A stretch of 13,000 nt of DNA from Takakia lepidozioides (Eukaryota > Plantae > Bryophyta), in the NCBI GenBank assembly GCA_030704615.1, contig JAKLZA010000210.1, positions 1-13,000 on the forward strand, in the 5' to 3' direction. A model generated the notes under the pieces. It saw only the letters and a list, made by a program, of their open reading frames with translations, made no database searches and was not told the origin of the DNA. Of this stretch, positions 1 to 9,019 are shown piece by piece. How positions within the stretch are numbered: position 1 is the stretch's first letter; each line of letters opens with the position of its first letter. The position numbers were made by a program, and so were the translations under genes.

Positions 1-1149
1 ACTTTGTTCAAAGATGTACACGAGTATTGTCAGAGTTGTGATGAATGTCAGAGGCTAGGACCTTTGCAGAGATCTGGAAGGATGGCCTTACATCCTACAA
101 TGCCTACAGAACCATTTCAGAAATGGGGACTAGACTTTGTTGGACCGATAAACCCACCAGCCAAGAATACACAGAACAGGTACATAATTACAGCCACTGA
201 TTATACTACGAAGTGCGTGGAAGCCAAAGCTTTGAGGGACAACACAGCCAAGTCCACAGCAAGGTTCCTGTACGAGAACATACTTACACGATTTGGTTGT
301 CCCTTAGAATTTATCAGTGATCAGGGAAGTCACTTCATGAATGAGACCATTGAGTTGTTGACTAAAGAGTTCATGATTGTACATAGAAAGAGTACAACAT
401 ATTACCCACAGGGTAATGGGCAGGCAGAGGCTACCAACAAAATACTATGCACTATCTTGGCTAAGATAGTCAATGCAAACAGAACGGATTGGGATACAAA
501 GCTGCTGACAGCTTTGTGGTCATACAGGACTTCATATAAAGTCACCACTAAGTATACACCATTCCAATTAGTTTATGGTATGGAAGCTTTACTTCCAGTG
601 GAATTCCTGTTACCTACCATGAGAACTGAATGGGGAAAGAGAATGGAATTGCAAGATTCAATTAAGGTCAGGAAACATGAATTATACCATGTGGAAGAAG
701 TACGTGCTGATGCAGCTGATAACATGACCAGAATTCAGATGAAGAGAAAGGAACAGTTTGATGAAGGCAAGATAAAAACTTTTAAGACGGGAGATTTGGT
801 TCTATGGTTGCAGAAAAAGGGAAAGATTAAAGCTTCTAAGCTTAAATCACCATGGAAAGGACCTTATGTCATACAAAAGATGTATGATAACAACACCGCC
901 ATGTTACAAACCATTAACAAAGAAATGCTGGGAAGGGTCAATGCCAATAAGTTAAAGGGATACAGTGGTATCCATGACAAACCATTGCAGCATGATTTGC
1001 ATGTTGAAACGCAAGAGCAGTCACGGGCTGCACCAGTGTTACGAACGGAGTATGGAGCACTTGTCGCTTATATTTGTTGTTTGTTTTATAGCATGGCGCA
1101 GAGCCACACACAACAGGGGCCACCGCATGGACACACTGTAGGGACTTAG
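1..1149 (+). CDS. Retrotransposon integrase, C-terminal part of Pol (5'-truncated by the window edge)
   Basis: Uninterrupted frame with CxxC (CQSCDEC), DDE motifs WGLDFVGP / ISDQGSHF / NGQAEATN and the GPY/F motif WKGPY. No chromodomain. Stop TAG at 1147-1149. Confidence 0.95.
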   Translation, partial: TLFKDVHEYCQSCDECQRLGPLQRSGRMALHPTMPTEPFQKWGLDFVGPINPPAKNTQNRYIITATDYTTKCVEAKALRDNTAKSTARFLYENILTRFGCPLEFISDQGSHFMNETIELLTKEFMIVHRKSTTYYPQGNGQAEATNKILCTILAKIVNANRTDWDTKLLTALWSYRTSYKVTTKYTPFQLVYGMEALLPVEFLLPTMRTEWGKRMELQDSIKVRKHELYHVEEVRADAADNMTRIQMKRKEQFDEGKIKTFKTGDLVLWLQKKGKIKASKLKSPWKGPYVIQKMYDNNTAMLQTINKEMLGRVNANKLKGYSGIHDKPLQHDLHVETQEQSRAAPVLRTEYGALVAYICCLFYSMAQSHTQQGPPHGHTVGT

Positions 1150-1219
1150 GATCTGTAGGTACCCTTAATTTTTGCACAGACTGAGACAAACAGGAACCTT
1201 AGTGACAGCAGCGCACTGT

Positions 1220-1227
1220 AGAGGGGG
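1220..1227 (+). other. PPT-like purine/G tract (AGAGGGGG) preceding array A
   Basis: G-run about 10 bp before the first CACAG, in the same relative position as the G7 run at 8716-8722. Not followed by a recognisable LTR start. Confidence 0.4.
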
Positions 1228-1232
1228 TTACA

Positions 1233-1420
1233 TAGCCCACAGACACAGCCACAGCACAGCCACACAGCCGTCACAGTCGTCACAGCCCACACAGCCCGTC
1301 ACAGCACAGCACACACAGCCCACACAGCCCGTCACAGTCGCTCACAGCAGACACAGCCCACACAGCCAGTCACAGCCCGTCACAGCCACACAGCCAGTCA
1401 CCGCTTGACACAGCTGTCAC
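1233..1420. repeat. Degenerate CACAG(CC) tandem array A
   Basis: About 20 CACAG cores, mostly 8-10 bp apart. Exact 24-mer CACAGCCCACACAGCCCGTCACAG at 1281-1304 and 1314-1337. Confidence 0.95.
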
Positions 1421-2031
1421 GATAATAGGGAACGAAGAGTAGGACAGGGAACGACTGTGGGGAACAACACCTGTGAAGGGAACATGTTAGTTCACATACG
1501 ACGGTTAGAGAGGGAAACGGTTAGAACCGCGGATAGGAGGATAAAGGGAAAAACGGGGAATGAAGAGGGGATTATTATTCGGGGAGGACTTCGGAGTCAG
1601 CGGGAGCGGAAGTCGGAGAGCACGATGAAGGAGGAAAGAGGATTAGTAGATGCTTGTTATATGCAAAGCTGTAGGATATTGTAGAGGAGAATAGAGACAC
1701 AATGGCTTCGGCCTGATACCTGATAAATCATAATCTGATACTTATACGATACAATCACACTGTGTAGAGAGATCTGAGTGAAGCTGTGGATTGATGGAGG
1801 AGTGAAGGAAACCGATAATTGATGAAGCAAACTGATACTTAATTATCAATGGTAAGGTAGCTAAGATGAATGCGGAAAAGGAAACAAATAGGAAACACCC
1901 CCATGATACACTAGCTGTAGGTCATGACTGATTGTTCTGCGCGGGCTGAGTACTTAGAGATTTCCAACTCTTCTATCTTGGAGTTTCCGCCTCGGATAGC
2001 GAAGGGATGGGTGAGTAAAAGCCGCGCGACA
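1415..2031 (+). repeat. Probable 5' LTR of copy B
   Basis: The 3' end ...CGCGACA (2031) lies 2 nt before the PBS, which fixes that boundary well. The 5' end is inferred from TGTCACG at 1415 (6/7 inverted match), where the array gives way to unique purine-rich sequence. An alternative start is TGTCGC at 1062. No second LTR in the window to confirm. Confidence 0.6.
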
Positions 2032-2033
2032 TT

Positions 2034-2052
2034 TGGCGACCATACTGGGGAC
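2034..2052 (+). promoter_or_regulatory. Primer binding site, tRNA-Arg-like (TGGCGACCATACTGGGGAC)
   Basis: CA-TT-TGG junction. The pattern TGGCGAC....CTGGGGAC resembles the Arg-tRNA PBS of Tat/Ogre elements. The tRNA identity is from recalled similarity, not an alignment. Confidence 0.8.
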
Positions 2053-2618
2053 CTGGGACATGAACAACCAGATGTGACAGGCATCTGGTGGGATCATGGT
2101 GGTTGGACCATTAAAGAATTTGAAGTGAATCAAATTCCCTGTGGAACGAAGGAAGAAAGATTGTCCAAACAATTCTTTCAAAGGTTCTTGGAATTGCCAG
2201 ACGGATGTAAAGAAAATATTCTTAAACGAGTGCATGATGCTGATCCAGAATGGGGTCTGGAGAAAGGAGTGATAAAGATTTTCAGGTAGCCTGTAGAGGA
2301 AGAGCACGTTGGTTACCAACATTGGTTTATGTGATAGCATTGCTATCCATTAAACGAGTAGAGTTTGAAGGCTGGGAAGAAAGAAAGGTGAATGTTTATA
2401 CTCATATGCATGAAGAGCTTGTACTGGTAAAGAATTGGATTCCAAAGGATATTTTGTGGATCAAACTCACACCAAGAACAGCTTTTCAGACTTGTTTGCC
2501 ATATGGTTATATGGTAACGGAGACTTCAAGTATAGCCAAGGGTGCATTGAAGCTTGAAAGAAACCCAGGCATATACGAGAGATATTACAGAAGAGAGTTT
2601 TGGTTATTGCCACATTAA
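2053..2618 (+). CDS. Uncharacterised 5' coding segment between PBS and gag (one frameshift near 2280)
   Basis: ORFs 1924-2289 and 2250-2618 join into a Trp/aromatic-rich, globular-looking ~185 aa sequence. The listed start at 1924 falls inside the LTR, so the true start is uncertain. Confidence 0.5.
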
Positions 2619-2639
2619 AAGAAATGAAAGACATGGGAC

Positions 2640-5120
2640 ATGAGTGATGAAAGAGAAGCTAGACGACAAAGATATTCAGCAAAAAGAGAAAGCTATCTGA
2701 AAGCTAATTATCCATATCTTTGGGAGAGAGGAATAGACATAGGGGAATCATCTGGACCTCTCACACCATCAAGATCAAAAAGTGCATCACCTATACCGGA
2801 AGAACTAGAGTTGGATGCCACTCCTTCTGTTTCTTTGCAAGAAAGATTAAGGGAATTGTACAGGAAGAAGATCAATCACGAGGTGAAAGATCTGAGGTAC
2901 ATCCTGGATAAAAGACTTGACAGAAATCTTTGATAAGAGTTGGCATGGAACACCAAAAGCAGGAACTCCAGTTTCTGAAGCAGAAGATGAAGAAGGAGAG
3001 AGGATGTGGCAGAGCCAACGGAGAGTTCAGACTCTCCAACACCATTACAGTTGAGTTACATGAGTGAAGAAGAAACCCAAGGGCAGAACTTGGAGGATGA
3101 AAACAGAGAGAAGAAATTGGAAGAGGAAGAATATGAAGAAGTAGACCCAACAGCTGAGGTTGAGACTACAACCAGGACATCCCAACCCGTTGGACCTGGA
3201 TCAAGTGGAGCACTTGGATCACAGGCCAACGAAGGTGTCGGCTCAGGGGGATCAGGCGGGCTGCCTGGATCTGGCTCTGGGGGGACAGGAGTGTGGGAAG
3301 TAGTGCAACTGAAGCTGGGAATACTGTGAATATCGTGGGGCCAGAAGCAGGGAGTGCTCAAGGGCCACCACTTGGTGGAAGATCCACCACAAAAAACAAC
3401 AGGTCCAGAAGGACCAGCACCAGCAAGGGTGCCAGCACCTGTCAGTGGGCAGAAGGTAGGGCCACAGATGGCGTTACAACCAACACGGGCAAAACCACCC
3501 TTTCCAATATATTCAGGAAAAGGGGATCCCGATGTACACATTAGCCAATTTGAGCACATGTGTATAGTGAACAATGAGAATGGCGATGATGCCAAGATGA
3601 GACTGTTTCCTTGTTCACTTATCAAGAAAGCAAGTGAATGGTATGCAAGATTCCCTGATAATCATTCCTAACCTGGAATGGCTTGAATACAGCATTTCGA
3701 AATAGGTTCAGGACAAGTAAAACTGAGGATGAAGTGTATGGAAGTTTACAACAGCTGAAGCAGAAGAAGCATGAAACTGTTGAAGAGTATATGGAGAAGA
3801 TGGAATTGATGATGAAAAAGCTGGCTGCAGTACCAGCACCCGGTTTACAGAAGACTTGGTTTGTGAGTGGACTAAGACCAGAGTTGCAGAAGAAAGTGGA
3901 TATGTTACCCCATAATACAGTGGAGGAGGCATTTGAAACTGCAAACAGAATTGAGCAATTGGGAATGCTCAGGAGAGAAAAAAGGAAGATGAGGACTCTG
4001 AAGATGAGTCAGATGAAGAAGAAGAGCAAGAACTAAAAAGAAAGAGTAAGAGAAAGGAAGTTGAAGAGGGATAACTATGAGAAAAGATTGGAAGAAATCT
4101 TGAAGAAGTATGCCACAGAGGCTGCAACACATTGGAGGAAGGGTGTATGGTGTGCAAAGTGCCAGAATGAAGGCCATACCACTACAGAATGCCACATGAA
4201 GGAGAAACACTGTACTATCTGTAAAATGGATAACCATTCTACTGAGAATTGTTACTACAACAGAAGGACAGCTGCAAGAGAACCTAGGCAAGTGAGGTGC
4301 ATCAGGTGCAGCCCCAGCCAAGAAGAAGCAATGATCAGGACCACTATGGTAGGTCTGGTGGTTATAACAATGGCATGGAAGGGAGAGGTAATTCAAGAGG
4401 AATTACCAAGGAAATTCCAGAGGCAACTATCAGGGTAATCCAAGGGGAATTACCAGCCCGGGAATCAGGATTATAGAAATAATCCAAGAACAGACCAAGG
4501 GCGAGGACCCAATGGTGAAGAGCTATGTTACTATTGTAATCAGCCAGGACATCGCAAGGCAGCCTGTTCATTCTGGATAAGACACCAGAATGAGATGAGA
4601 GCTCCTGTGAATGAGGGCCCAGTGTGGCAGCTCACATGGTTAGGCCATGTGTTGTACCAGAAGTAAGTACAATGATAGTAACAAGAAGTAAAGCCAAACT
4701 AATACCTCCAGTAGAAGAGGAGAAGATGAGACTGGAAGTGGCAATGATATGCCTGAAGATGAAGAGACTTGAAAGATGAGAAGGAACTGCACAAGGAAGT
4801 GGCAGATACTATAAGGGAAATGCAAAAGAGTACTGATATTCCTGTGGCAGATTCCTCTGATTCGGATGGAGAAAAAGAGGGGAGTGAGGAAGAAAGGAAA
4901 AAAGAAGATGCAGACATGCAAAGTAATGAAGAGACTTTGGCTGAAGTAATATGTCAGACCAAAGCAGAAATTACCATTGGACAGCTATTAGCTGTGGCAC
5001 CTTATTGTAGGCACAGGCTGTATCAGGCAATCAATCGAATTGCCCAAGAGACAGGAAACACAGACCTGAACAGCAAGGTGACCAGTTATAATGTGAAGCC
5101 GGAAGGGCGAGAAACCAGTC
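2640..5120 (+). CDS. gag: Gag (acidic/Gly-Pro N-terminus, capsid-like core, three CCHC zinc knuckles), frameshifted
   Basis: Retrotransposon gag core FPIYSGKGDPDVHISQFE...LFPCSL...ASEWY...QKKHETVEEY (~3500-3960). CX2CX4HX4C at 4151-4192, 4211-4252 and 4526-4567. Region boundaries are approximate. Confidence 0.88.
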
Positions 5121-5525
5121 ATGGACTTTGATGATTCTATGCCAGTAATCCAATTGAGAATTGGAAGCACAGAACTAACTGATGTACTGATAGATGGTGG
5201 TTCTGGAGTAAATATCATGACAGACCAATTAAGGAAGAAGCTTGGTCTAAGTAACATGAAACCAGCCCCATTTACAGTAACAATGGCAGATCAAAGAAGT
5301 GTACAGCCATTGGGATTAATAAGAGGAGTTAAGATACAGATACAGAAAATGATCTTTATGATCACAGTAACTGTATTAAAAATGGATGAAGTCATGGAGG
5401 CTTACTCCTTATTATTGGGACGTCCGTGGCTGAAACAGGCCAGGGTATTCCATGACTGGAATTCTCAGTTACTAACTGTGCATAATGGGATGCACGAGAT
5501 ACAAATTACCACAAAAGAAATCTAG
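5121..5525 (+). CDS. pol: Aspartic protease domain
   Basis: Catalytic motif VLIDGGSGVNIM, flap-like MADQRSVQPLG, and LLLGRPWL. Confidence 0.92.
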   Translation: MDFDDSMPVIQLRIGSTELTDVLIDGGSGVNIMTDQLRKKLGLSNMKPAPFTVTMADQRSVQPLGLIRGVKIQIQKMIFMITVTVLKMDEVMEAYSLLLGRPWLKQARVFHDWNSQLLTVHNGMHEIQITTKEI

Positions 5526-5852
5526 TAGATTACCTGCTACAAGAAGACCTCGAGGAGTCAGAGAGTATGAGAGGAGGACTGGATGAGGAGCAGGAAGCTA
5601 CCCTATTTGCTGCACACCCAGAGTGGGAGCAGGTTGCAGAGATGCGGCTGGAAAGCCTAAGTTGTTGAGAGGTATCTGCTGTGGTGTAGTGACAGCAACA
5701 CCAACTGAAGAGGAAACCAGCTTTACCCATCACATTTCTATGAAGAAAGGAAGGAGAAATAGAAATCCTAGAAGAACCAGCCACTGTGAGCTTACAGGAT
5801 GAAGTGGTGACTGGTTGGACAATCACAGCTGATGAGCAGGTGAGAGAAGTAA

Positions 5853-6900
5853 ATGGGAACTCAGGAGGAACCGAGGATGGTGAAAGTAGGAGCTGATTTG
5901 GAGCCGGAATTCTTCGAAGAAGCTAAAAGCTTGTTCATCAAATACAGAGATGTATTTGCTTGGAGCTATGAGGATCTAAAAGGGATACCACCTGAAGTCT
6001 GTCAGCATAAAATTGAACTGGAACCAGGGTCAGTACCAATCAAGCAGGCGAGGTATAGAATGAATCCCAACTACGCACAGAAGGTTGGAGAAGAGATAAA
6101 GAAGTTGGCTGAGGCTAAGTTTATATACCCAATAGAGTATACAACTTGGTTGTCACCCATTGTTATAGTTCCCAAGAAGAATGGCAAACTAAGAGTATGT
6201 GTGAACTATAAGAAGCTGAATGCTTGTACGAAGAAAGATCCTTTCCCTTTGCCATTCACAGAAGCAGTATTAGACACTGTGGCAGGCCATGAGATGTACT
6301 CATTCATGGATGGCTTCAGTGGTTATAATCAAGTGCAAGTGGCAGAAGAAGACCAAGGGAAAACAGCTTTCATCACAGACTGGGGGGCTTATGCATACAA
6401 AGTCATGCCCTTTGGACTTTGTAATGCACCAGCGACCTTTCAGAGAGTGATAAGTGAATCTTTTCATGAGTATCTGGATGATTTCATGCAGGTTCTTGGA
6501 TGATTTCAGTGTGTACAGCTCTAAGAATGAGCACTTGCATAAATTGGAGTTATGCCTGGCCAGATGCAGGATGAGGTCTGGGCTTGAATCCAGAGAAGTG
6601 TACTTTCTGTGTGAACTCAGGGGTGCTTCTGGGACACATTGTGTGTAAGAAGGGACTTCTTGTGGATCCCAGGAAGACAGAGTCCATTAAAGTCTCTCCA
6701 CCACCAGTGAATGTTAAGAGTTTAAGGAGATTCCTTGGGCAAACCAGTTATTACAGAGATTTGTCAAAAGGTATGCACAAATAGCAGCACCATTGAGCAA
6801 GCTTCTGAAGAAAGATGCAGTGTTTGCATGGACAGCTGAATGTCAACAGGCGTTTGAGGAACTTACACTGTCAGTAACAACTACACCTGTGCTGATTAAC
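5853..6900 (+). CDS. pol: Reverse transcriptase domain and connection region (frameshifted)
   Basis: WLSPIVIVPKKNGKLRVCV, MDGFSGYNQ, MPFGLCNAPATFQR, FLDDFSVY (~6494-6517, shifted frame), LLGHIV, LRRFLG. Confidence 0.95.
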
Positions 6901-7290
6901 CCTCACTGGCATGTAGTATTCATGTTCACTGCGATGCATCAGGAGAAGCGTTGGGAGCGGTGTTAGCCCAGAATGTTACAGGGAATATAGATTCACCTGT
7001 GTACTATGCTAGCCGGTTGATGAACAGTGCTGAGAGGAACTATAGCACAACGGAAAGAGAAGCATTGGCAATGATCTATGCAGTGAAGAAATTCAGGCAT
7101 TACCTATTGGGAAGAAAGTTTATGTTTTATGTGGATCACCAGGCTCTGATATATCTGGTGAACAAACCTTTGATAAGTGGAAGGATAGCGAGGTGGTTAA
7201 TAATCTTGCATGAGTTTGAGTTCGAGGTTATTTACAAGCCTGGCCGTTGCATCTTGTGGCAGATCATTTGTCACGACTAACAACAGGAGA
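6901..7290 (+). CDS. pol: RNase H domain
   Basis: HVHCDASGEALGAVLAQ, YSTTEREALA, YVDHQAL, and VADHLSRL after a frameshift. Confidence 0.93.
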
Positions 7291-7365
7291 GGCCGCCACA
7301 GGAGTGGACGATCAGTTACCTGATGCGAGTTTATTTGTAATGGAGGTGCAAGGAAGTGCAGATGA

Positions 7366-8735
7366 ATGGTTAGATTGGCAGGGCCAATCAGATACTACCT
7401 TGCTCATGGTCAGTGCCCACCTAGTTATGGTAAGGAGCAGAGGAAGAGAATTGCTATCAGAGCTTTACCTTATACTATGGTAGGAAGCAGAATGTATAAG
7501 TTAGGACCTGATGGAGTACTAAAACGATGCTTGTACCACCATGAAGTAAATAAAGTCTTGGAGGAAGTTCATAAAGGAGTGGCTGGAGGTCATTTTGGAG
7601 AAGAGACTACCAGTAGAAAGATACTACTCGCAGGATACTGGTGGCCTACTTTGTTCAAAGATGTACATGAGTATTGTCAGAAGTGTGATGAATGTCAGAG
7701 GCTAGGACCTTTGCAGAGATCTGGAAGAATGGCCTTGCATCCTACAATGCCTACGGAACCATTTCATGGGGACTAGACTTTGTTGGACCAATTAATCCAC
7801 CATCCAAGAATACACGAAACAGGTACATAATTACAGCCACTGATTATACTACAAAGTGGGTGGAAGCTAAAGCTTTGAGGGACAACACAGCCAAGTCCAC
7901 AGCAAGGTTCCTGTACGAGAACATACTTACACGATTTGGATGTCCCTTAGAATTTATCAGTGATCAAGGAAGTCACTTCATGAATGAGACCATTGAGTTA
8001 TTGACTAAAGAGTTTATGATTGTGCATAGAAAGAGTACAACATATTACCCACAGGGTAATGGGCAGGCAGAGGCTACCAACAAAATACTATGTACTATCT
8101 TGGCTAGTAAATCAACAGAACGGATTGGGATACAAGCTGCTGACAGCTTTGTGGTCATACAGGACTTCATATAAAGTCACCACTAAGTATACACCATTCC
8201 AATTAGTTTATGGTATGGAAGCCTTACTTCCAGTGGAATTCCTGTTACCTACCATGAGAACGGAGTGGGGAAAAAGAATGGAATTGCAAGACTCCATCAA
8301 GGTCAGGAAACATGAATTATACCATGTGAAGAAGTACGTGCTGATGCAGCTGATAATATGACCAGAATTCAGATGAAGCGAAAGGAGTTTGATGAAGGCA
8401 AAAAGACTTTTAAGACGGGGGATTTGGTTCTATGGTTGCAGAAGAAAGGAAAGATTCAAGCTTCTAAGCTTAAATCACCATGGAAAGGACCTTATGTCAT
8501 ACAAAAGATGTATGATAACAACACAGCCATGTTACAAACCATTAACAAAGAAATGCTGGGAAGAGTCAATGCAAATAAGTTGAAGGGGTACAGTGGTATC
8601 CATGACAAACCCCTGCAGCATGATTTGCATGTTGAACCGCAAGAGCAGTCACGGGCTGCACCAGTGTTACGAACGGAGTATGGAACACTTGTCGCTAGGC
8701 CCAGTATATATGACCGGGGGGGCAAAACAACGTGA
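7366..8735 (+). CDS. pol: Integrase of copy B (frameshifted)
   Basis: HHCC domain (HKGVAGGHF...CQKCDEC), DDE core and WKGPY. Stop TGA at 8733-8735. Net 19 bp shorter than copy A over the shared segment. Confidence 0.95.
8716..8727 (+). other. PPT-like tract GGGGGGGCAAAA at the end of pol (possible internal/central PPT)
   Basis: G7 run. It is followed by the CACAG array and not by a copy of the 1415-2031 LTR. Confidence 0.5.
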
Positions 8736-8944
8736 CACAGCCTATCACAGCCCATCAGGCGTGACACAGCCTATCACAGCCCACATGACACAGCCTACAG
8801 CCCATCACGACGTCTGAGTATCTATTTGTCACAGCCATCACAGCTTACAGTGCAACACAGCCTATCACAGCGTAACACAGTATGACACAGCCTGTCACAG
8901 CTCAACACAGTATGACACAGCCTGTCACAGCTCAACACAGCCTA
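8733..8944. repeat. 10-bp-phased CACAG tandem array B
   Basis: About 16 CACAG cores. Nine consecutive 10-mers ending in CACAG (8851-8940). Perfect 30-bp tandem TATGACACAGCCTGTCACAGCTCAACACAG x2 (8881-8940). 24-bp direct repeat at 8731-8754 and 8760-8783. Confidence 0.97.
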
Positions 8945-9019
8945 CTAAAGTTACACGATCCATAGAATCAGTGACAAGTGGACACATAAAAACTTCAGGA
9001 AAATGGCTGAAGGAAGAAG

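Larger units (their letters stand above)
1..1414 (+). mobile_element. Ty3/Gypsy copy A: 3' end of pol plus post-pol spacer and repeat array, interrupted by copy B
   Basis: Bases 1-1068 align with 7648-8696 (integrase of copy B) at roughly 95-96% identity by hand count. They are followed by a G-run and a CACAG array, as in copy B. Confidence 0.85.

Noticed and set aside
963-975. CA-G-TGGTATC resembling an LTR end plus Met PBS
   Set aside because: It lies inside the integrase frame in both copies and the match stops after 7 nt.
1075-1232. Small TG...CA solo LTR or TRIM insertion
   Set aside because: No target-site duplication and poor terminal inverted match. Treated as part of the copy A spacer.
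1172-1408. 78-aa ORF with QPVTA/HSPHS repeats
   Set aside because: It is a translation of the T-poor CACAG array, whose unit lengths are not multiples of three.
1709-1726. Minus-strand Met-PBS-like (TTATCA-GGTATCAGGCC)
   Set aside because: Lacks the TGG start, matches only about 8 nt, is part of a local CTGATAC repeat, and no minus-strand element is evident.
3056-3625. Minus-strand ORFs (this one and the others in the track)
   Set aside because: Antisense shadows of purine-rich + strand coding sequence with no recognisable motifs.
5523-5853. Ogre-like intron or programmed stop between protease and RT
   Set aside because: The segment reads as an acidic coding linker broken by indels. It is not U-rich and has no convincing splice sites. 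It cannot be told apart from sequence errors.
8731-8944. CRISPR array or RAG/Transib heptamer (CACAGTG)-like signals
   Set aside because: No unique spacers, no cas genes, no nonamers or terminal inverted repeats. It is a minisatellite in a eukaryotic retroelement.
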